Below are positions 9,949 through 18,684 of a DNA stretch of 64,000 nt, in pieces. The notes beneath the pieces are model-generated. The model was not told the origin of the DNA and did no database searches. It saw only the letters and a list, made by a program, of their open reading frames with translations. The position numbers were made by a program, and so were the translations under genes. The stretch is from the NCBI GenBank assembly GCA_902615745.1, contig CACMQB010000005.1:25991-89990 (forward strand), given 5' to 3'. Positions within the stretch are counted from its first letter, which is position 1. Every line of letters begins with the position of its first letter. Source of the stretch: an uncultured Alphaproteobacteria bacterium. GTDB taxonomy: Bacteria > Pseudomonadota > Alphaproteobacteria > HIMB59 > GCA-002718135.

Positions 9949-11142
9949 ATGAATTTTTTTAAAACAAATTTTGATAAAACTGTCGAAAAATTATTAGTAA
10001 ACTTTCTATCTAAAATTCGATATGGAAAATTAACAGTTGAATTTCCTACTGGCGAGGAGAGAGTTTTTGTTGGAAAAGAGGAAGACATATCTGCAAGTAT
10101 AAAAATTCATAATTATAATTTTTTAAATTTAATTTTTAAAAAAGGTTCTGTAGGTTTTGCAGAAGCCTATATGAATGGTTACTTTTCAAGCACCGATTTG
10201 ACTAATTTATTACTACTTTCTCACAAAAATGAGAGTTATTTTTTACAAAGCATAAATACTAATCTTTTTTTTGCTACTTTTGCGAAATTAAAGCATTTTT
10301 TAAATAACAATTCAAAATCACAGAGTAAAAAAAACATTAAATATCATTATGATTTAGGAAATAATTTTTACGAAAAGTGGTTAGATAAAACCATGACCTA
10401 TTCTTCTGCTCTTTTTGATAATAAGAATACCAATTTATCGGACGCACAATTTAACAAATATAGAAAGATTGCTGAAACTTTATCATTGGACTCAAATTCT
10501 AAAACTTTAGAAATTGGATGTGGATGGGGCGGGTTTTCATCATTTGTAGCGAAAAATTACAATTGTTCAGTTGATGCTATAACTATTTCTAAGGAACAAT
10601 ACGAATATGCTTCTGAAAAAATTCAAAATGAAGGTTTGTCTGAAAAAGTATCAGTTATATTCAGAGATTATAGGGATATCAAAAAAAAATATTCAAATAT
10701 TGTTTCAATTGAAATGTTTGAAGCAGTTGGGAAGAAATACTGGCATAATTACTTTGATACAATTCGTAATTCTCTCAACGATGGCGGTATGGCTGCGCTA
10801 CAAGTTATAACGATTGATGAAAAAAAGGCTAAAGATTATCAAAACAGACCAGATTTTATTCAACAATATATTTTTCCAGGTGGAATGCTTCCAACTAAAA
10901 AACAATTTGAATATTCAGCAAAACACGTTGGATTAAAATGTATTGAAAATCTAAGTTTCGGTGGTTCTTATGCAAAAACACTTAAAATGTGGAATAAACA
11001 ATTTCAAAAATCTTGGATTGATTTATCAAAGTTTGGCTTCGATATTAAATTTAAAAGAATGTGGGAATTTTATCTATCTTATTGTGAAACAGGTTTTGCA
11101 AATAGTTCAACCGATGTTTCTCATTTCTTAATTCAAAAATAG
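9949..11142 (+). CDS. Cyclopropane-fatty-acyl-phospholipid synthase-like SAM-dependent methyltransferase
   Basis: 397 aa. HYDLGNNFYEKWLDKTMTYSSALF, SAM motif I TLEIGCGWGGF, and C-terminal WEFYLSYCETGF. All are typical of the CFA/mycolic-acid methyltransferase family. It abuts the DUF1365 stop. Confidence 0.8.
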   Translation: MNFFKTNFDKTVEKLLVNFLSKIRYGKLTVEFPTGEERVFVGKEEDISASIKIHNYNFLNLIFKKGSVGFAEAYMNGYFSSTDLTNLLLLSHKNESYFLQSINTNLFFATFAKLKHFLNNNSKSQSKKNIKYHYDLGNNFYEKWLDKTMTYSSALFDNKNTNLSDAQFNKYRKIAETLSLDSNSKTLEIGCGWGGFSSFVAKNYNCSVDAITISKEQYEYASEKIQNEGLSEKVSVIFRDYRDIKKKYSNIVSIEMFEAVGKKYWHNYFDTIRNSLNDGGMAALQVITIDEKKAKDYQNRPDFIQQYIFPGGMLPTKKQFEYSAKHVGLKCIENLSFGGSYAKTLKMWNKQFQKSWIDLSKFGFDIKFKRMWEFYLSYCETGFANSSTDVSHFLIQK

Positions 11143-11144
11143 AA

Positions 11145-11657
11145 ATGCAAAAACTAAAAGTATTTTTAGTCTTAACTGGCTATCAACTAACTTGGTTAGC
11201 CTGTGTATTTGGTGAAACAAAATTTTCTGATCCTATGTTGGGCATCTGGGTTGGAATTATTTTCTTATTAACTTATTTTTATTTCAATCATAATAAAAAA
11301 AAATTTATTAAGATTTCACTTTTGATCTCAGTTCCAGGATATTTTTTTGATACTTTATTAGTTTATTTCCAAATTTACGATTTTGAAACTATTGTTAAAC
11401 TTGGTACTCTGCCATTGTGGATGATTGTTTTATGGTTTAGTTTTAGTACTCTTTTTGATGAAATTTTTATTTTTTTTAAAAGTTATAAAATTTTAGGAAT
11501 TATTTTAAGTGGAGTTTTAGGACCTTTAACCTATTATCTTGGTGAGCCTATCGGAGTTATAAAAATATATAACTTTCAGATTTTTATTATTTCAATGGTA
11601 TTATTTTGGATGATCTTGATGTTATATTATCTAAATTACGTTATAAAAAATGATTAA
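11145..11657 (+). CDS. Small polytopic membrane protein (DUF2878-like)
   Basis: 170 aa with about 5 hydrophobic segments. The N-terminal GYQLTWLACVFG motif resembles DUF2878 proteins that follow CFA-like genes in this cluster. 2-nt gap after the methyltransferase. Confidence 0.55.
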   Translation: MQKLKVFLVLTGYQLTWLACVFGETKFSDPMLGIWVGIIFLLTYFYFNHNKKKFIKISLLISVPGYFFDTLLVYFQIYDFETIVKLGTLPLWMIVLWFSFSTLFDEIFIFFKSYKILGIILSGVLGPLTYYLGEPIGVIKIYNFQIFIISMVLFWMILMLYYLNYVIKND

Positions 11658-12196
11658 TTTTCTTGATCTACTTTTTTTGTTCTAGTTCTATTTAAAGTTC
11701 TTTCGAGATCCTTATAAGTACATAAACCAACATCCATTGGACTCTTTGCCTCAAGAACTGCTTCTCTGTATGTTCCATTTCTTATGGCCTCAACTGTATT
11801 TTTTGTTGAGCCGGTAAGTTTTGCAATTTGAGAACTACTTAATTCAGTCGGATATCTTTTTATAAGCCACAAAATAGCATATGGCTTTTCTTGTCTTAAA
11901 GAAAGAGGTGTATATTTAGAATCTTTTTTTCTTGGTGGTAAATCTTCAATTACATCTGACTTAATAAGACTCAAACTAGCTGCATGATCTTTTTCACATC
12001 TTTCAATTTCTTCTTTTGTTAATTGATTATTATCAATTGGATCATAACCTCTCATACCGATAGCAACTTCTCCATCAGCTATTCCTTGAACCTCTAATTC
12101 ATGTAATCCACAAAATTCAGCTATTTGATTAAACGTTAAAGCTGTATTTTCAACTAACCATATTGCTGTTGCTTTAGGCATTAAAGGATATTTCAT
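11654..12196 (-). CDS. DUF1013-family protein (TrcR-like cell-cycle transcriptional regulator)
   Basis: The ORF track starts at 12220. The internal Met at 12196 gives MKYPLMPKATAIWLVENTALTFNQIAEFCGLHELEVQGIADGEVA, the typical DUF1013 N-terminus, so I prefer that start. Confidence 0.7.
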   Translation of the reverse strand: MKYPLMPKATAIWLVENTALTFNQIAEFCGLHELEVQGIADGEVAIGMRGYDPIDNNQLTKEEIERCEKDHAASLSLIKSDVIEDLPPRKKDSKYTPLSLRQEKPYAILWLIKRYPTELSSSQIAKLTGSTKNTVEAIRNGTYREAVLEAKSPMDVGLCTYKDLERTLNRTRTKKVDQEN

Positions 12197-12240
12197 AATT
12201 GGCTCATATAATATAATCAAAAAATAATATATAACAAAAT

Positions 12241-12429
12241 ATGACTATGACAGATTTTTTTGAAGTTGATGAAAAACAAAAGACGGTTAAAATATTAAAT
12301 TTGGATGATTTCAGTGTTGAGGATTTGCAAAATTATATTTCTGAACTTCAAACTGAAATACTAAGAGTTCAAGATGAGATAAAAAAGAAGGAAAATTTAA
12401 AACTTAATGCTGAAAAGTTTTTTAAATAA
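12241..12429 (+). CDS. Small coiled-coil protein (DUF1192-like)
   Basis: 62 aa. The pattern L.DFSVEDLQNYISELQTEILRVQDEIKKK matches the DUF1192 'L..LSV.EL..RI..L..EI.R' heptad signature common in alphaproteobacteria. Confidence 0.5.
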   Translation: MTMTDFFEVDEKQKTVKILNLDDFSVEDLQNYISELQTEILRVQDEIKKKENLKLNAEKFFK

Positions 12430-12657
12430 TTATTTATTAATTTTAAGACCTTTAAATCTTTTTTGGAATCTAGCTACCTGTCCTTCTGATTCATTAAGAC
12501 CAGCCTTACCACCGGTCCATGCTGGGTGAGATTTGGAATCAATTTCTAATTTAAGAGTATCACCTTCTTTACCCCAAGTAGATCTTGTTTTAAAAGTAGA
12601 TCCATCAGTCATAACAACGTTTATTTCATGATATTTAGGATGTATATCTTTTTTCAT
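12430..12657 (-). CDS. rpmE: 50S ribosomal protein L31
   Basis: 75 aa. [27 protein letters not shown]...HPAWTGG is the L31 signature. Its stop abuts the DUF1192 stop (convergent, 0-nt spacer). Confidence 0.9.
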   Translation of the reverse strand: MKKDIHPKYHEINVVMTDGSTFKTRSTWGKEGDTLKLEIDSKSHPAWTGGKAGLNESEGQVARFQKRFKGLKINK

Positions 12658-12681
12658 GCCTGTCTTATATTTATATAGATT

Positions 12682-13458
12682 TCAAAGTAAAGTAAGTTTT
12701 TTAACTAATTCATTATGAATTTTATTATTTGAAGCGACTAAATCACGAGAATATATTTCCCATTGATTTCCATCTATTTTAGAAATTTTCCCCCCAGCTT
12801 CTTTAACTAAAAGAATGCCCGTTGAAACATCCCATAAATTTAGATCTTTTTCCCAAAAACCATCTAATTTACCAGAGGCAACATAAGCAAGATCAAGGCC
12901 TGCAGAACCGAGTCTTCTTATTCCTGCAGATGATTTTAGGATTTCATCAATCTCACTTAAATAGTTTTTATAAATTCTTTCTCCAAACGGAAGACCAGTG
13001 CCTATCAAGCAATCTGAAAAAATTTGCCTGTTTGACACTCGAAGTCTACTATTATTACACCACGAACCTTTACCCTTAGAACTCCAAAAAAATTCGTTTA
13101 AAATTGGATTATAAATCACACCGTCTGTGATTTCATCATTTGTCATTTTAGCAACGATTATTCCAACATGAGGTATTCCATGAATAAAGTTTGATGTTCC
13201 ATCAATTGGATCAATAATAATTGTGTTTTCATCACCTTTTATTTTGCCAGTTTCTTCAGTTATGTAAGTATAATCTGGATAATAATATTTTAGAGTTTCT
13301 AAAAGTGTTTTTTCGACTTTAATATCTGCATTTGTTACAAAATCTCCAATTGATTTAGATTGTATTTGTAAATTTTCTAATTCTCCAAAATCTCTTAATA
13401 ATATTTTACCAGCTTTTTTTACTGCCTTTTCAAAGATATTAATTACAGAAGGCTGCAT
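12682..13458 (-). CDS. suhB: Inositol monophosphatase family protein (SuhB-like)
   Basis: 258 aa. IMPase motifs ITEETG, IIDPIDGTSNF and LWDVSTG. The start overlaps the efp stop by 1 nt (TAATG). Confidence 0.85.
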   Translation of the reverse strand: MQPSVINIFEKAVKKAGKILLRDFGELENLQIQSKSIGDFVTNADIKVEKTLLETLKYYYPDYTYITEETGKIKGDENTIIIDPIDGTSNFIHGIPHVGIIVAKMTNDEITDGVIYNPILNEFFWSSKGKGSWCNNSRLRVSNRQIFSDCLIGTGLPFGERIYKNYLSEIDEILKSSAGIRRLGSAGLDLAYVASGKLDGFWEKDLNLWDVSTGILLVKEAGGKISKIDGNQWEIYSRDLVASNNKIHNELVKKLTLL

Positions 13459-14027
13459 TAATTTTTAGATTTTTCAATATAACTACCGTCAATTGTACTT
13501 ATTACTATTTTATCATTAACTGCTATAAACTGAGGTACAGATGTTTTAATATTCTTTTCTAAAGTAGCTGGTTTATATGATGAAGCAGCTGTTTGACCTT
13601 TTACAACACCTTCAGTTTCTAAAACAGTTAATTCTACAGTATCAGGTAAGTCAATTCCAACCGGTTTTTCATTGTAGAAATTAATAATAATATCACTATT
13701 CTCAACTAAAAATTTTGATTGATCTTCAGTTAATATGTCTGAGCCAAGTTCTATTTGTTCATAAGTTTGTTTATCCATGAATATAAAATTATTATTATCG
13801 TCATAAAGATATTGAAATTCTTTTTCATCAAGGATAGCTCTTTCTACTGTTTCTGATGATCTAAACCTACTATTCATTTTAGTACCTTCTCTTATTTCTT
13901 TAAGTTCAGCCTGTAAGTAGGCTCCACCCTTTCCTGGTTGAGTATGCTGGGTTTTCAAAACTTTCCAAAGTTTGTTATTAATCTCTAAAATATTTCCAAC
14001 TTTAATTTCATTTCCATCTATTTTCAT
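13458..14027 (-). CDS. efp: Elongation factor P
   Basis: 189 aa. GNILEINNKLWKVLKTQHTQPGKGGAYLQAELKEIREGTK carries the conserved PGKG loop. Confidence 0.95.
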   Translation of the reverse strand: MKIDGNEIKVGNILEINNKLWKVLKTQHTQPGKGGAYLQAELKEIREGTKMNSRFRSSETVERAILDEKEFQYLYDDNNNFIFMDKQTYEQIELGSDILTEDQSKFLVENSDIIINFYNEKPVGIDLPDTVELTVLETEGVVKGQTAASSYKPATLEKNIKTSVPQFIAVNDKIVISTIDGSYIEKSKN

Positions 14028-14422
14028 TGTTTTATATTAAGTTTTTTTTGTATGTTTTTAATTTTCGTAAGATCTACTACATCAAAAGTTGGATTTAATA
14101 AAACCTTATTTTTTTTAGCAATTTGATTAATTTTATTTAAGATGATTTTATTATTTTTTAATTTTAAATAATCAATATTTTCGCGAGTTAATAATATACT
14201 AAGACCTTGATCATAGCCTGAGTCGACAAAAAACTTAATATTATGTGTTTTATATTTTTTTTTAATATGGTTTATTAACGTTCTAAGCCACTCTATCCCA
14301 AAACCTTTAATTAAAAAATATTTTATAAATATAATCGAAGTTTTGAACTTTGATTTTCGAAATTCTATTAAACTTTCAATTTGTGTTAGTGTTGATGCTG
14401 CGAAACAAATTTTTTTAGGCAC
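14024..14422 (-). CDS. Hypothetical protein (basic, 132 aa), embedded in the tkt-gap-efp operon
   Basis: The ORF overlaps the gap stop by 1 nt and the efp start by 4 nt, and no competing ORF exists. I do not recognise any family motif. Confidence 0.5.
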   Translation of the reverse strand: MPKKICFAASTLTQIESLIEFRKSKFKTSIIFIKYFLIKGFGIEWLRTLINHIKKKYKTHNIKFFVDSGYDQGLSILLTRENIDYLKLKNNKIILNKINQIAKKNKVLLNPTFDVVDLTKIKNIQKKLNIKQ

Positions 14423-15426
14423 TAAATAAATTTTTTAAGATCAGCCATAGTGTCTACCATTCTATTTGAAAATCCCCATTCATTATCATACCAAGATAAA
14501 ACTCTACAGAATTTATCTTTGACAACTTGTGTTTGACTCATATCAAATACAGAACTGCTTGAATTATGATTAAAATCAATTGAAACTAGAGGTAATGAGT
14601 TTGTTGTTAGAATTCCTTTTAATTTTTTAGTTTTTGAAGCTTGAAGGACTATAGAATTAATTTTTTCTGGGTTAGTTTTTCTCTTACTTACAAATGTAAG
14701 ATCTATAAGTGAGACATTAGGAGTAGGTACTCGGATAGCTGTTCCATCTAGTTTACCTTTTAATTTTGGTAAAACTAGACTTAAAGCTTTTGCCGCTCCT
14801 GTAGAAGTTGGAATCATTGATTCAGCTGCAGCCCTTGCTCTTCTAAAGTCAGAATGAGTTTGATCAACAGTTCTTTGATCACCAGTGTAACTATGAATTG
14901 TTGTCATAAAACCACTTTCAATCCCTAACTTATCATCAAGAATCATAGCTAAAGGAGCAAGACAATTAGTAGTGCAAGATCCGTTTGAAATTACATTATG
15001 ATTTTTTTTAATAGTGTCGTTATTTACACCTTGAACAATTGTAGCATCTACATTTGAAGCTGGTGCAGAAATTATAACTTTCTTAGCTCCGGCATTTAAA
15101 TGAGAAATTGCTTTTTCTTTTGAAGTAAAAACACCACTACATTCAAGAACAACATCTACCTTGAGTGATTTCCAAGGAAGGTTATTTGGATCTCTTTCGG
15201 AATAAAAATTAATTTTATGTTTACCAATTTTTAATCCATTTTTGATTGAACTAATCTCATCTTTAAGAATACCGTGAACACTGTCATATTTAAGTAAGTG
15301 AGCACTGCTCTCAACACTTCCTAGTTCATTAATAGCTACAATATTAATATCTTTAGGATTTTTTTCTAATAAAGCTCTAAAAACAAGTTTTCCAATTCTT
15401 CCAAATCCATTTATTGCAACTTTCAT
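14422..15426 (-). CDS. gap: Glyceraldehyde-3-phosphate dehydrogenase
   Basis: 334 aa. N-terminal KVAINGFGRIGK and the active site SNGSCTTNCLAP. Confidence 0.95.
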   Translation of the reverse strand: MKVAINGFGRIGKLVFRALLEKNPKDINIVAINELGSVESSAHLLKYDSVHGILKDEISSIKNGLKIGKHKINFYSERDPNNLPWKSLKVDVVLECSGVFTSKEKAISHLNAGAKKVIISAPASNVDATIVQGVNNDTIKKNHNVISNGSCTTNCLAPLAMILDDKLGIESGFMTTIHSYTGDQRTVDQTHSDFRRARAAAESMIPTSTGAAKALSLVLPKLKGKLDGTAIRVPTPNVSLIDLTFVSKRKTNPEKINSIVLQASKTKKLKGILTTNSLPLVSIDFNHNSSSSVFDMSQTQVVKDKFCRVLSWYDNEWGFSNRMVDTMADLKKFI

Positions 15427-15437
15427 ATTTCTCCTTT

Positions 15438-17414
15438 TTATAAAGTTTTAATTATTTTTTCAATTAAGTAATCATCTGTTATCTTAAAGTGTTTATATAA
15501 GTCTTTGTATGGACCACTTTCACCAAAAGTTGACATACCAACAAAATTGTCATTTTTAATATATTTTTCCCAACCATTAATTACTCCAGCCTCAATAGCA
15601 AAAATAGGTTTATTTCCTAAAATTTCATTTTTATAACCATCATCATTTTTCTCAAACAATTCAAATGAACACATGCTTACAACTCTTATCTTTAAATTAT
15701 TGTTTTCAAAAAGTTTATTTGATGCAGAGCAAGCAATCTCAACTTCAGAACCAGAAGATAAAATTGTTGCATCATATTCTTTAAAATCTCTTATTTTATA
15801 AGCACCTTTATTTACAAGATTTTCTTTGCGATTATCTTTTTGTAACATCGGTAGATTTTGTCTTGTTAAAACTAAGATGGTTGGTCCAGTATTGTTGATT
15901 GCACATTCCCATGCTTCTATAGTTTCAATAATATCACAAGGCCTAATGACTGTTAAATTTGGTATAGATCTTAAAGATGCAAGATGTTCAACAGGTTGAT
16001 GGGTTGGTCCATCTTCTCCTAATCCTATTGAGTCATGCGTCATTACATAAATAACTGGTATATTCATAATAGCTGACAACCTAATTGAAGGTCTGCAATA
16101 ATCTGTAAATACCAAAAACGTTCCTCCGTATGGAATTAAACCTTTATGCAAAGCAATGCCATTCATTACTCCAGCCATTCCATGTTCTCTGATACCATAA
16201 TGAATATAATTTCCATTAAAATTATTAGATGTAATTACATTCATATCTTTTGCCTTAGTGTTATTTGATCCAGTAAGATCAGCAGATCCACCAATAAGAT
16301 TTTTTTGATAGTTTGAAATTAAATTTAGCGTTAGCTCACTCGATTTTCTTGAAGCACAATTTGTTTTATCATTAAAATGCTCAGATTTTAATTCACTAAG
16401 TTTTTCTGGAATTTGATGATCAATTTTTTGATAAAAACTATCTTGAAAATTTTTACTTTCAATTAATTCTTTGTTTTTTGATAACCATGAATTTCTTGAT
16501 TCTTCATTTCTCTTATAGAAACTTCTCCATTCACGTAATAAATCATCTGGAACTTCAAATGGCGAATAATTCCATTCCAATTTTTTTCTTGTTAAACTAA
16601 TTTCATCTTCACCAAGAGGTGAACCATGTGATGAAGCGGAACCCTCTTTGTTTGGAGAGCCAAAACCAATTTTAGTTTTACAAGATATAATTGTTGGAGC
16701 ATCATTTTTTTGTGCTTGAATTATAGCTTGATCAATTTCTTCATAGTTATGACCATCTATTTCAATTATATTCCAATTATAAGCTTCAAATCTTTTTTTC
16801 ACATTGTCTGAAACTGAAAGATCTGTTGATCCATCTATAGAAATAGAATTATTATCAAAAAACATAATAAGCTTATTTAATTTTAAATGTCCTGCGAGAC
16901 TACAAGCTTCATGACTTAAACCTTCCATTAAGCATCCATCTCCAGCAAAAACATAAGTGTAATGATCGAATAATTCTTTTCCATAATTATTTGATAATTT
17001 TTTTTCCGCTAGCGCCATTCCAACTGCATTTGCTAAACCTTGAGACAAAGGCCCAGTAGTTGTTTCTATACCTTCTGCACTTCCGTATTCTGGGTGACCT
17101 GCAGTTTTATTATGTAATTGTCTAAAATTTTTGATTTGATTTATGTCAATGTCTTTATATCCTGTTAGATACAAACAAGAGTATAAAAGCATTGAGCCAT
17201 GCCCATTTGAAATAATTAATCTATCTCTATCAATCCACTCCGGATCATTAGGATTAAACTTTAAATGATTTTTATAAAGAATTGTTGCGATGTCTGCCAT
17301 ACCCATAGGCATACCAGGATGACCAGATTTTGCTTTTTCCACTGCATCCATTGACAAAAATCTAATACAATTTGATAATTGTCTTAGATTGTTGATATTA
17401 TTTAAATTATTCAA
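15438..17414 (-). CDS. tkt: Transketolase
   Basis: 658 aa. SGHPGMPMG, TPP-binding GDGCLMEGLSHEA, and GEDGPTHQPVEHLA. Confidence 0.95.
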   Translation of the reverse strand: MNNLNNINNLRQLSNCIRFLSMDAVEKAKSGHPGMPMGMADIATILYKNHLKFNPNDPEWIDRDRLIISNGHGSMLLYSCLYLTGYKDIDINQIKNFRQLHNKTAGHPEYGSAEGIETTTGPLSQGLANAVGMALAEKKLSNNYGKELFDHYTYVFAGDGCLMEGLSHEACSLAGHLKLNKLIMFFDNNSISIDGSTDLSVSDNVKKRFEAYNWNIIEIDGHNYEEIDQAIIQAQKNDAPTIISCKTKIGFGSPNKEGSASSHGSPLGEDEISLTRKKLEWNYSPFEVPDDLLREWRSFYKRNEESRNSWLSKNKELIESKNFQDSFYQKIDHQIPEKLSELKSEHFNDKTNCASRKSSELTLNLISNYQKNLIGGSADLTGSNNTKAKDMNVITSNNFNGNYIHYGIREHGMAGVMNGIALHKGLIPYGGTFLVFTDYCRPSIRLSAIMNIPVIYVMTHDSIGLGEDGPTHQPVEHLASLRSIPNLTVIRPCDIIETIEAWECAINNTGPTILVLTRQNLPMLQKDNRKENLVNKGAYKIRDFKEYDATILSSGSEVEIACSASNKLFENNNLKIRVVSMCSFELFEKNDDGYKNEILGNKPIFAIEAGVINGWEKYIKNDNFVGMSTFGESGPYKDLYKHFKITDDYLIEKIIKTL

Positions 17415-17499
17415 ATACTTACCTTTATGGTTGATATAAAATTATTTAATATGGGCTCATTACAGTGACAATTATAAAATTACAAACTATAAAATTATT

Positions 17500-17688
17500 A
17501 TGGAAATACAAAAAAAAATTACAGTTCTAAGCGAAAACTTAAATAATCTAAGTTCAGCTTTAGAAGATTTTAGGGATCATCATATTTCCAAAAAAGAAAA
17601 AATTAAAAATCTTGAAAATGAAATTAAAAATTTACGAAGACAAATGTCCAAGTATATTGATGAATTGGAACTTCTAATTAAGAAATAA
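17500..17688 (+). CDS. Small coiled-coil protein upstream of zapA (ZapB/DUF4164-like)
   Basis: 62 aa and entirely heptad-like (LENEIKNLRRQMSKYIDELELLIKK). 2-nt gap to the zapA-like ORF. The assignment rests on context only. Confidence 0.45.
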   Translation: MEIQKKITVLSENLNNLSSALEDFRDHHISKKEKIKNLENEIKNLRRQMSKYIDELELLIKK

Positions 17689-17690
17689 TT

Positions 17691-18110
17691 ATGCCTTTTT
17701 ATAAGATAAAAATTTTAAACAGAGAATTATCATTAGAATATGAAAAAAAAGATGAAAAAAAAATAATAGATTCAATAAATTTAATTAATGAAAAAATTGA
17801 TGATAAATTACAAAATCCAAAATATTCTAATGGAAAAATAAGCGATACTATATTGTTATCACTTCTATCTATTGAGCTTCAAGCAGAGCTTTCAGAAAAA
17901 TTAAATATAGAAAGAAGTTCAGAATTAAATGATGCCAACAATGAAGAATATTTAAGGAACAATTTAGAACTTAAAGATAAAATACTAAAACTACAAAATG
18001 AAAAAAAAATTTTAGAAAATGAAAAATTGAAATTAGATCAAGAATTTGATGAAATAAATAAGAAAGTAGAGGGTTTAATTGATATAATTAAGAATTCTTA
18101 TTATGAATAA
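17691..18110 (+). CDS. zapA: Cell division protein ZapA-like
   Basis: 139 aa. The N-terminal half (KIKILNRELSLEYEKKDEKKIIDSINLINEKID...ISDTILLSLLSIELQAEL) fits the ZapA pattern (V.I.G..Y.L.c...E..l..aa..ln..i...........l.laaLnla.EL), followed by a C-terminal coiled coil. Conserved position before the 5-formyl-THF cyclo-ligase gene. Confidence 0.6.
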   Translation: MPFYKIKILNRELSLEYEKKDEKKIIDSINLINEKIDDKLQNPKYSNGKISDTILLSLLSIELQAELSEKLNIERSSELNDANNEEYLRNNLELKDKILKLQNEKKILENEKLKLDQEFDEINKKVEGLIDIIKNSYYE

Positions 18111-18684
18111 TATTAAAGATGAAAAATCAATTATCAGAAAAAAACAAAAAATTATAAGAGATAAGATTTATAATAACAAGCCATCTCATTTTGCTTTATC
18201 TTTGTTTAATGAATTTTTTGAAAAAATTAACTTTCAAGAAATTAATATAGTATCTAGTTTTATTTCTATAAATTCTGAGATAAATACAAGAGAGCTTAAC
18301 AATCTTATTTTTATTAAAAATAAAATTTTATGTCTTCCTGTAATTGAGAGAAAAAATAGTCATTTAATCTTTAAGCAATTTAAGAATGAAGAGAATTTTG
18401 TAAAAGGACATATGAATATATCAGAGCCTCAAAATAATAATAAAATTTTAAATCCTGAATTAATTTTTGTACCGTGTTTAGCTTTTGATCATAAAGGTAA
18501 TAGACTAGGTTATGGGGGAGGTTATTATGATAGAACTTTTGCTTATTTAAATAAAATTAATCATAGATTCATCTCTGTAGCTTATGCATATGAAGAACAA
18601 AAGTTAGATTACATACCCATAGACAAATTTGATTTTAAAGTGGATTATGTTATTACTGAAAAAAATTTATATAGTTTTCAATGA
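18103..18684 (+). CDS. 5-formyltetrahydrofolate cyclo-ligase
   Basis: 193 aa. C-terminal signature GNRLGYGGGYYDRTF. 8-nt overlap with the zapA-like ORF. Confidence 0.8.
   Translation: MNNIKDEKSIIRKKQKIIRDKIYNNKPSHFALSLFNEFFEKINFQEINIVSSFISINSEINTRELNNLIFIKNKILCLPVIERKNSHLIFKQFKNEENFVKGHMNISEPQNNNKILNPELIFVPCLAFDHKGNRLGYGGGYYDRTFAYLNKINHRFISVAYAYEEQKLDYIPIDKFDFKVDYVITEKNLYSFQ

Noticed and set aside
17900-18110. Expected 6S RNA gene (ssrS) between zapA and the 5-formyl-THF cyclo-ligase gene, as in the E. coli zapA-ssrS-ygfA arrangement.
   Set aside because: The two ORFs overlap by 8 nt (18103..18110), so there is no spacer. The 3' third of the zapA-like ORF is strongly A-rich on the + strand and lacks the long self-complementary arms a 6S fold needs. 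An Rfam 6S covariance-model scan would be decisive.
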